39,192 nt of DNA. Origin: Bacteroidaceae bacterium (GTDB lineage: Bacteria > Bacteroidota > Bacteroidia > Bacteroidales > Bacteroidaceae). Position 1 is the stretch's first letter, and each line of letters begins with the position of its first letter. Positions 9,814-16,623 of the stretch are shown here, one piece after another. The DNA lies in contig JAILIJ010000046.1 of NCBI GenBank assembly GCA_024695315.1, positions 1 through 39,192 on the forward strand, written 5' to 3'. Under the pieces are notes generated by a model. That model had not been told where the DNA came from, ran no database searches, and saw only the letters and a list, made by a program, of their open reading frames with translations. Position numbers and translations under genes: made by a program.

Positions 9814-9891
9814 AATCACAGCGTGGTACGGTCGTACCACGGCGTGGTATGATTATACCACGGTGCGGTACGACTGTACCACAGCGTGATT
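9814..9891 (-). repeat. 11-nt phased hairpin array (GTGGTAC/GTACCAC words) inside copy A
   Basis: Seven 11-nt units form three tandem 7-bp hairpins with 4-nt loops (GTGGTAC-GGTC-GTACCAC, GTGGTAT-GATT-ATACCAC, GCGGTAC-GACT-GTACCAC). The outer 16-nt arms are 9814-9829 and 9876-9891. Confidence 0.8.
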
Positions 9892-10030
9892 TTGAAAATT
9901 TCTCTTGAATAATAGAACTATTTCTGCTGAGCATTATAATAAATTATGCGCTCAAATTAAAGAATTATTCAGCATTAAAAGTCGCATCACTGCTTACATC
10001 TAAAAATGACAACAGATCTTGTCTGCTTAA

Positions 10031-10093
10031 TCACCGTTTGAACATCGTTTGAGCACCGTTTGAATACCGCTCAAACACTGCTCAAGTACCGCC
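10031..10093. repeat. 11-bp phased CGTTTGA / TCAAAC word array (copy A)
   Basis: tcaCCGTTTGAacatCGTTTGAgcacCGTTTGAataccgCTCAAACactgCTCAAGtaccgcc has three forward and two reverse words. Confidence 0.75.
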
Positions 10094-10145
10094 AAAAAAT
10101 TGTATTGTCTTTTTTAAAAAATAATGTTTACTCCAAAAGAAAAAT

Positions 10146-10203
10146 GGCGTTCAATTACCATTCAATCATCGTTTGAGTAATGTTTGAACTGTAATTGAAC
10201 GCC
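10146..10203. repeat. 11-bp phased TTCAAT/GTTTGA array closed by a 13-bp inverted repeat
   Basis: GGCGTTCAATTAC (10146-10158) is the perfect reverse complement of GTAATTGAACGCC (10191-10203). The interior is phased as cattcaatcat/cgtttgagtaa/tgtttgaactg. Confidence 0.75.
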
Positions 10204-10344
10204 ACTTGTGTGTACGCATGTTCTCTCTAGATATTTAAAAAATTATCTATCACTTTTCGCAGTCTCAACGCTTGCCGTAGGCTTGATGAAACACACCAAA
10301 CTGAATGTTTTGCAGCATGACTAATTATGCGAAATTTGAAGGAT

Positions 10345-10629
10345 TTATAATCCGGAGAAATACGTTTTGAGTGCTTCTACATATTTCTGCATAGCGTCTC
10401 GTCCTATAGGTGTCATTCGGCAGATGGTTCGGGGCTTTGCGCCAGATGAGTCTGTCATTTTTTCTATATATCCAGCAGTTGTAAGTTTATCTATTTGTAC
10501 ACTTAGATTGCCAGCTGTAGATTCTGTTTTTTCTTTTAAATAAACAAAGTCAGCTTCCCGAGCACTAAGTAGTATAGACATTATTGCTAATCGTAATTGA
10601 CTATGAAGGAGTGGATCAAGTTCTTCCAT
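10345..10629 (-). CDS. winged-helix transcriptional regulator (small MarR/ArsR-like)
   Basis: 94 aa. It has the pattern LHSQLRLAIMSIL...FVYLKEKT..TAGNLSVQIDKL..AGYI, typical of small wHTH regulators. It overlaps the upstream membrane-protein gene by 14 nt. Confidence 0.7.
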   Translation of the reverse strand: MEELDPLLHSQLRLAIMSILLSAREADFVYLKEKTESTAGNLSVQIDKLTTAGYIEKMTDSSGAKPRTICRMTPIGRDAMQKYVEALKTYFSGL

Positions 10630-11251
10630 TATTTTGTTTTTTTGCCTTATCGTTAATTAAATGTCCAGGTATAACCATCATTATGGCGTAAGAGGCTGCA
10701 AAGCCAAGATGCCAGTCTATTGTTAATGTGGAATTTAATATGTACATTTCCATTGCCGCAATTCCAAATGTTATACCTAAAAATCCTCCAACCACTGCAC
10801 TTTTTTCTTTTAATGCAAGTCCTGTAACTGCTGTTCCTATTCCAGGTAGAAGAAGTCCAAGTACAAAGAAAATTATGGTGTGAGCTTGCTTGTGAAATAT
10901 AATGAAGTAGACAATTATGATTGCGGCTATAATAAAGGAATATGAAACCAGTTTCCATATAGAATTAATCATGTATGTTGAATAATTCTCTGCTATTCCT
11001 TCTTTTGGCTTTCTATTATATAATATAGAAAGTAAACAACCTATAAATGGCAATAAAACATAAATCCATGCTGCACTATTTCCGAAATTTAATAATTGTA
11101 GTATCCATACCAAACATCCAATAATCACACTTGTATATCCCCAGATTAGAAATGTGGTTCCACTACCTATAGGTAAATTATCTTTTGTTTGCTGGATCAT
11201 TTGAGTGATAAGTTCTAGACTTTCTTTCTCTGTTATATTTTTTTCTTCCAT
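10616..11251 (-). CDS. polytopic membrane protein, unknown function
   Basis: 211 aa with a cytoplasmic helical N-terminus and about 6 hydrophobic segments. It is translationally coupled to the wHTH gene. Confidence 0.65.
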   Translation of the reverse strand: MEEKNITEKESLELITQMIQQTKDNLPIGSGTTFLIWGYTSVIIGCLVWILQLLNFGNSAAWIYVLLPFIGCLLSILYNRKPKEGIAENYSTYMINSIWKLVSYSFIIAAIIIVYFIIFHKQAHTIIFFVLGLLLPGIGTAVTGLALKEKSAVVGGFLGITFGIAAMEMYILNSTLTIDWHLGFAASYAIMMVIPGHLINDKAKKQNNGRT

Positions 11252-11285
11252 TTTTTTATTGTTAAAATGTTGGTAAAATTTTTGG

Positions 11286-11445
11286 TTTATTTTATAAACT
11301 CAAAATCTAAAAAGAGAAGCAAGGAGTCCGGCTCTCACTTGCTTTTATTTGCGCAAATCTTCTTTTTTTATTGTTTACTGCTGCAAATGTATGATGATTT
11401 ATTTTATAAACCAAGGAAAATAGGCATAAAGTTTATTTTATAAAC
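11286..11445. repeat. three direct copies of TTTATTTTATAAAC
   Basis: Exact 14-mers at 11286-11299, 11398-11411 and 11432-11445, in the intergenic region between the LuxR-type gene and the membrane/wHTH operon. Confidence 0.8.
11306..11350 (-). terminator. hairpin terminator after the LuxR-type gene (T-runs on both strands)
   Basis: AGCAAGGAG / CTC(A)CTTGCT stem at 11318-11343, with CTCTTTTT downstream on the minus strand and TTTATTT downstream on the plus strand. Confidence 0.5.
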
Positions 11446-11538
11446 CATTTTTTTTGTTTCATTAAAAAAAATAAGAAGAAACTTTACTTTTATTGCGGTA
11501 TCAGAGGAAGTATTACGTCTTTTGTTAGAATTTTTATA

Positions 11539-12258
11539 CTACAAATCTCCTACATCTACAAGTCCGTTCATTACACAATATATTATAATATCAGCTAATG
11601 AACGAGCGTGCAACTTTTCCATTATATGTGTTCTATGTGTGATGACGGTAGTGATACTGATATTGAGTTTGTTTGCTATTTCTTTATTTATAAATCCCTT
11701 TGACAGAAGGACTGCTACTTCTATTTCTCTTGCAGAAAGAAGCAGTTCTTGTGGTGTGGATGCAGGTCGAGTTTCGTGATGTGGATGACCAGAAGGCATA
11801 TTGGCATGTTGCATGAAAGACGGTGGCATAGATTTATGTGCCTGTTTCATGTCTATATTGTCAGGGTGTCCACCTGGATGCCCTCCTGGATGTCCTTGTC
11901 CTGGATGTGCGCCTGGGCGTCCATGTCCTGTTCCGTGTAGAGCAAGAATGTCTTTAATTAGCATTTTTTCTGTTTGGCAAACATTTAGTGTCATCACGCC
12001 ATTTATTTGCATGTCTCCATTTACCAAAACAAATGATTTAGTAGCATTTTCGCGAAAGAACTGTGCGTGTTCAAAGTATATGCGTGAAGCAACAAAAAAA
12101 TGCACAAAGTTTTTTTCTTCGCATGATACAAGTTCTTCAAAAGAAGTGAATATGCGAATATCTGCCACAGGAATTAAGTCTTCAAGAATTTGTTGAAGTC
12201 CCATTCCTGCCAAAACATTAGAATCGACTATGGCAACAGAAAAACTATGCATAGTCAT
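11539..12258 (-). CDS. LuxR-family HTH regulator with degenerate receiver-like N-domain and His/Gly/Pro-rich linker
   Basis: The C-terminus LSAREIEVAVLLSKGFINKEIANKLNISITTVITHRTHIMEKL is a LuxR/FixJ-type HTH. The N-terminus VAIVDSNVL...HFFVAS has receiver-like spacing but no Asp at the expected phospho-acceptor. The linker is HGTGHGRPGAHPGQGHPGGHPGGHP...SGHPHH. Confidence 0.75.
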   Translation of the reverse strand: MTMHSFSVAIVDSNVLAGMGLQQILEDLIPVADIRIFTSFEELVSCEEKNFVHFFVASRIYFEHAQFFRENATKSFVLVNGDMQINGVMTLNVCQTEKMLIKDILALHGTGHGRPGAHPGQGHPGGHPGGHPDNIDMKQAHKSMPPSFMQHANMPSGHPHHETRPASTPQELLLSAREIEVAVLLSKGFINKEIANKLNISITTVITHRTHIMEKLHARSLADIIIYCVMNGLVDVGDL

Positions 12259-12541
12259 CCTTTCTCTTTGGATTCATCGGAAACCATCCCTTTTTTACAC
12301 GTTGTCTTTGTTCGAATACTTCAAGAATACTCCAAAGGCAAGAGCAGCCTACAACACCAAGTACGGGACTTAGGATTTCATTTTCAACAAATAAAGAACA
12401 TGCAATAAATCCTATTCCTGAAATAAGAAACCACCACCAGCATTTTGTTCCGAAATGATACTCGGACTTAATGACAATAGGGTGGAAAATTCCAATTACG
12501 AGAAAAGTAGTTATCGCGATTATTATACCTATATAGTTCAT
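12245..12541 (-). CDS. small 3-TM membrane protein (DUF4491-like)
   Basis: 98 aa, three hydrophobic helices, basic C-tail. It overlaps the LuxR-type gene start by 14 nt. Confidence 0.6.
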   Translation of the reverse strand: MNYIGIIIAITTFLVIGIFHPIVIKSEYHFGTKCWWWFLISGIGFIACSLFVENEILSPVLGVVGCSCLWSILEVFEQRQRVKKGWFPMNPKRKDDYA

Positions 12542-12676
12542 TATATAATTTTACTTTGTTTTTGTTGAAAATTACCTATTTGAGGGTGCAAAGTAACGGA
12601 AAAAAAATGAAAAATACAATCCTAATTTATAATGATTTACTCAAAAGTGGGTATTGTTGTCCATATATTAATTTTA

Positions 12677-12684
12677 TAACTTTG
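12677..12684 (+). promoter_or_regulatory. -7 box (TAACTTTG) for the 12740-15242 operon
   Basis: TAnnTTTG match 56 nt upstream of the ATG at 12740. Confidence 0.55.
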
Positions 12685-12739
12685 TGCCCCTAAACGTAAT
12701 TCTACAATTTATTGATGTATAATTTTTAGAAAAAACAGA

Positions 12740-13729
12740 ATGAATACAAAAAAACTTTATTTCGGGAAATCAATAGGTTCTTTCTTTCTTGTGTTGTTCA
12801 CGATGCCGCTTGGCCATGCTTTAATGATGTTGATGGAGCATTATATGTCTCCTACGGCTCTTCATTATAGTGCGTTCTTTATGGGATTCCTTGGTTTTGT
12901 GATTACAGTTATGGGCATTTTTGTCAAAGGAGATACAAAACAGACCGTGTATGGCTTAGCAGGAGGTTTACTATTTTGGACAGGTTGGGTGGAATTTCTA
13001 ATGGCATATTATGCACAGCGCTATGGTACACATTGTGATCTTGTTGGAAATGGCACAGTTACAACAATAACCGAATATGTTAACGGTATTGGAGTGAATC
13101 ATCAATTCCTTATAAATGGTACCCCTATTGAGGAGTTTACTCGTCCTGAATTAAAGGCTTTAAGGGGAAGTAGACCTGAATACCTCACCATGCCTTCAAG
13201 CTTCGGATTTTTCATGATGTTTGCCATGATATATATATGCTGTATACGAACTGGTTGTAATGCAATAAATTGGTGCCAATTAAAGCTTTTTAGGGGAAAA
13301 CGAGATATTATAGTTGCTCGACCTATGACACGTCATACTTCGATAGTAACATTTATGGAACTAAATACTATGATGTGGGCTTTATATTTAGTATTGATGT
13401 TTTGTTACGATCCTGTTTTTCTAGGGGATAAGCACCCTGTTACTCTTGGAGTAGCTATCTTTTGTCTTATTGGCTCTTTCTTTATGTTTAAGAGAGAATT
13501 AAAGATATCTTCGTGGGGGGCAAATATAAGAATGGCTATTGCTACGGTTGTAGTTTTTTGGACTTTTGTAGAAGTTATGGCTCGTAATCAGTTTATGAAT
13601 GAAATCTGGGTCGCTCCTCTTGAGCATCAGGCTGAGATGTGGTCTATTCTTGGAGCGTTTATACTTGCAGGATTATATCTATTTTGGGATTCAAGACGTG
13701 GAAATACAAATGATAATGTCAAAAAATGA
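12740..13729 (+). CDS. polytopic membrane protein, unknown family
   Basis: 329 aa, about 8 hydrophobic segments, with a soluble loop of about 70 aa (HCDLVGNGTVTT...RPEYL). No recognisable motif. Confidence 0.65.
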   Translation: MNTKKLYFGKSIGSFFLVLFTMPLGHALMMLMEHYMSPTALHYSAFFMGFLGFVITVMGIFVKGDTKQTVYGLAGGLLFWTGWVEFLMAYYAQRYGTHCDLVGNGTVTTITEYVNGIGVNHQFLINGTPIEEFTRPELKALRGSRPEYLTMPSSFGFFMMFAMIYICCIRTGCNAINWCQLKLFRGKRDIIVARPMTRHTSIVTFMELNTMMWALYLVLMFCYDPVFLGDKHPVTLGVAIFCLIGSFFMFKRELKISSWGANIRMAIATVVVFWTFVEVMARNQFMNEIWVAPLEHQAEMWSILGAFILAGLYLFWDSRRGNTNDNVKK

Positions 13730-13754
13730 AATATAAGTTTAGATTGTTTGGTTT

Positions 13755-15242
13755 ATGAAAAAATATACGTGGCAAAAGATCCATAAATGGGTGGGTATTG
13801 TATTTTGCTTCTTTTTGTTGATGTTTAGTATTTCTGGAATAATACTTAACCATCGTCATATGTATGGCAAGTTAAATGTCTCGCGTGGACTTTTGCCTCA
13901 CTCTTTCCAATTTGACAATTGGAATAATGGGCTTTTTCGTGGCAGTCTAAAAGTAGATAAATCTATTATTGGAAAAAAGAAAACCTCATCTGATCGGAAC
14001 ATTTTGGTGTATGGAGCAGGAGGATTTTATTTGACCGATTCCATCGGGAAAGTGTATGAAGATTTTAACAAAGGATTGCCTGAGGGCGCAGATTCAAGGA
14101 AAATACGTAATGTCGTGGTTACACGTAGTGGTAAGATGTTTGCGGTCGCTTCTTATGATCTGTATGCTTATGAAGCAGAGTGGAAAAGTATTCCTACAGA
14201 TAAGTTGACAGATGTTCTTAATCCGCGTTTTACAGATATTGCCGTACGTGGTGATTCCTTGATTGTTTTGGGACGTAGTAATATTTACTTATCTCTCCCT
14301 CCATACGACACATTTGAGGAGATAACTATAAAGTCTCCGCATGGGTATAAAGGCGAGGTTACGCTATTTCGTCTAGTATGGCTTTTGCATAATGGAGAGC
14401 TGTTTGGCATTCCGGGAAAAGTGTTTATAGATCTTGTCGGATTACTATTTATATTTCTGTCAATATCGGGAATCATTATATGGATTGCGGGAAAAGGACG
14501 ATTCCCGAAATTGTTTAGATGGAATTTCAAGTGGCACGAGAAATTAGGTCGTTGGACAATTGCAGCAACTATTTTTATGACTCTAACAGGATGGGCACTA
14601 AGACCTCCATTTCTGATTGCCCTTGTAAAAAATACGGTAAAACCAATTCCTTATACAGTTTTAGATTCTGATAATGCGTGGTATGATAAGCTGCGAATGA
14701 TAATTTATGATGAAACTCATCATGATTGGATTATGTCTACCTCTTCAGGATTTTATAGTCTTAAGAATTTTGAGGATGTTCCAAAGCGTCTAAAGGGCAC
14801 ACCTCCAGTAAGTGCTATGGGCTTAAATGTTATGAAACGCGTTGGAACTAACTGGTTATTAGGATCTTTTTCTGGTATGTTTACTTGGAATCGAGAAAAA
14901 TGTGAATCCTTTGATTATTTCACAGGTTCACCAGCTCCAAAACATGGTGGAGCGCCGTTTGGTAAAGTTGCCATAGCGGGTTACTCGGATGACTTTGCCA
15001 TAAGAAACGTAGTCTGTACTTATGATAAGGGTATACTGACGGAACAATTACCACAACCAGAGGAGATGCGTACACTTCCAATATCAGTTTGGTCTTTGGC
15101 CCTTGAAGTTCATACAGGAAGAATTTACACATTTATGTGCGGGGCAGAGACACTAATTTTTATCTTTGTTTCGGGACTGGTTGTAGCTTTAATCCTATGG
15201 AGTGGTTGGAAACTTAGAATACGAAAAAAGTGCAAAAAGTAA
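13755..15242 (+). CDS. PepSY-associated TM-helix protein
   Basis: N-terminus WQKIHKWVGIVFCFFLLMFSISGIILNHRH, further TM pairs at about residues 220-290 and 465-490, and H-rich TM edges. This matches the architecture of the PepSY_TM family. Confidence 0.65.
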   Translation: MKKYTWQKIHKWVGIVFCFFLLMFSISGIILNHRHMYGKLNVSRGLLPHSFQFDNWNNGLFRGSLKVDKSIIGKKKTSSDRNILVYGAGGFYLTDSIGKVYEDFNKGLPEGADSRKIRNVVVTRSGKMFAVASYDLYAYEAEWKSIPTDKLTDVLNPRFTDIAVRGDSLIVLGRSNIYLSLPPYDTFEEITIKSPHGYKGEVTLFRLVWLLHNGELFGIPGKVFIDLVGLLFIFLSISGIIIWIAGKGRFPKLFRWNFKWHEKLGRWTIAATIFMTLTGWALRPPFLIALVKNTVKPIPYTVLDSDNAWYDKLRMIIYDETHHDWIMSTSSGFYSLKNFEDVPKRLKGTPPVSAMGLNVMKRVGTNWLLGSFSGMFTWNREKCESFDYFTGSPAPKHGGAPFGKVAIAGYSDDFAIRNVVCTYDKGILTEQLPQPEEMRTLPISVWSLALEVHTGRIYTFMCGAETLIFIFVSGLVVALILWSGWKLRIRKKCKK

Positions 15243-15264
15243 TATTTGTTTTGCATATATTTGG

Positions 15265-15306
15265 GGCATCAAAATTAATTAAGGTTAATTTTGATGCCTT
15301 TTGTTA
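15265..15306 (+). terminator. intrinsic terminator after the PepSY-TM gene
   Basis: Perfect 14-bp stem GGCATCAAAATTAA / TTAATTTTGATGCC followed by TTTTGTTATTTTT. Confidence 0.8.
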
Positions 15307-15346
15307 TTTTTGTCTTATTTTTTTTGTGGTTGAATATTCTTCGGCG

Positions 15347-15354
15347 TAATTTTG
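15347..15354 (+). promoter_or_regulatory. -7 box (TAATTTTG) for the OM beta-barrel gene
   Basis: TAnnTTTG match 45 nt upstream of the ATG at 15399. Confidence 0.55.
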
Positions 15355-15398
15355 CAGTATTATTACTATTACTTTATAAAATAACAAAACGAATTTAA

Positions 15399-16094
15399 AT
15401 GATGAAAGTCTTTTCTGCATGCTCAGGTGTGTTGTGTGCGTTTATGTTCTCAACAAGTGCAAGTGCTCAAGTATTTCGTGTTGAAGACATGCCAAAACAT
15501 TCTATATCCTTTAATATAGGATTTGAAAATTGTTTGACGGATAATAATACAGAACATTATGAATCTTGTCCAACTTTGAAATCTTCTGGTTTCAAGTCAA
15601 GCGATAAGGAGAAAGGGGATGATTTGAAAAATTCCTTATCTTTTAATGCTATTTATTTTCGCAATCTTAACAATCGTTTTGCTGCTGGCGTACAAGCTGG
15701 TGTAATTTATAATTATGACAGTTTTTATGGTAGTGAAAATACTGGATATGACAACAAATGGAATGAGTTCTATACTTATGATAAAAATGTAGCGGAAGTT
15801 GCTGATCTTCATATTTATGTCATGCCGACAGCCAAAGCATATTGGTTTAATTATTCTCATGTTGCCATGTATAGTCGCGTTGCCGCTGGTGTTGCTTACC
15901 GACACATGACTGAAGAAGACTTAGAACCAAATGATGGCATAGATTTTAATTGTGGAACAGACAATACTATAAAGTTTGCTTATCAGCTCTCACCTATATG
16001 TGTGGAAGTTGGAGGATATGCTCTTCGCGCAGTACTTGAGGCTGGATATGGCTATAATGGCTACTTTAGTGCTGGTATTCGCTATGCTTTTTAA
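15399..16094 (+). CDS. outer-membrane beta-barrel protein
   Basis: Signal peptide ending SASAQ, alternating aromatic/Gly beta-strand pattern, C-terminal GIRYAF with a terminal Phe. Confidence 0.6.
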   Translation: MMKVFSACSGVLCAFMFSTSASAQVFRVEDMPKHSISFNIGFENCLTDNNTEHYESCPTLKSSGFKSSDKEKGDDLKNSLSFNAIYFRNLNNRFAAGVQAGVIYNYDSFYGSENTGYDNKWNEFYTYDKNVAEVADLHIYVMPTAKAYWFNYSHVAMYSRVAAGVAYRHMTEEDLEPNDGIDFNCGTDNTIKFAYQLSPICVEVGGYALRAVLEAGYGYNGYFSAGIRYAF

Positions 16095-16292
16095 TATAAG
16101 TTGCTAATTCTATAATGCAGAATTAGAATATTCTGTATTACTCATATACTTTTTTATTATGGCTTGTTGTTGAAAAAAACGACAGGTCATTTTTTTTATA
16201 ATTCGGAAATATGTTTTTTACCATTTAGAACCAAATTTAATATGATAAGTCCTATTTTTATTCCATTCACCATTGTAAAGTCCAGATTACAA

Positions 16293-16525
16293 TCCTTCGT
16301 ATCGATTTTTTTGAAATGTTAAAAAGTGTGTTAAATCTTGTAAAAGATAGGAAAAATAGGCATTATTGTCATGTTTTTACTACCTTAGAACATTCATCTG
16401 ACGAGTCGCGTCTATCTCCGATTCCAACTGGGGGTGAGCTAAAATTTCAAATGTACGAAATCGATACTCATCAGCAATGGAATACGAATGTGATACGAAG
16501 GAGATACGAAGCGTTGTCGAAGGAG
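16293..16525 (+). repeat. TACGAAGG-word element (family shared with 30393-30526)
   Basis: CGAA recurs at 16485, 16496, 16507 and 16518, an exact 11-nt spacing (aataCGAAtgtgataCGAAggagataCGAAgcgttgtCGAAgg). TCCTTCGTATC (16293-16303) is the perfect reverse complement of GATACGAAGGA (16492-16502). Confidence 0.75.
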
Positions 16526-16623
16526 GTGGGGTAAATAAATACGTCCTTATTGGAAACACTTTTTACTTAAAATACGATAAATACTTATTGATGTAAATAC
16601 ATAAAAAATTTGGTTTACAATAC

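Larger units (their letters stand above)
9670..10203 (-). repeat. composite intergenic element, copy A (inverted relative to copy B)
   Basis: The reverse complement aligns by eye module-for-module with 35882-36290. For example, CACAATAGGCATAGAATTGCCCAGTAGGAATAAAGAAATTT aligns with CGCAATAGGCATAGAATCGCCCAGTAGGAATGAAGAAATTT. Copy A carries an extra word array at 10146-10203. Confidence 0.8.

Noticed and set aside
9746-9934. 62-aa minus-strand ORF (..CGTVVPHRGIIIPRRGTTVPRCDF..) across the hairpin array of element copy A
   Set aside because: Its repetitive peptide is a by-product of the 11-nt DNA repeat. The homologous stretch of copy B keeps the same length and stays open in that frame, but it has an in-frame TAG where copy A has CAA and no start codon after it. 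Substitutions between the copies follow base-pairing rather than codon logic. Coding is therefore unlikely, although the indel-free alignment means it is not completely excluded.
16316-16534. 72-aa ORF covering the TACGAAGG array
   Set aside because: The repeat-derived sequence (..NTNVIRRRYEALSKEVG) has no promoter box or motif, and the related 30338-30529 ORF lies on the opposite strand of the homologous element. There is no conserved reading frame.
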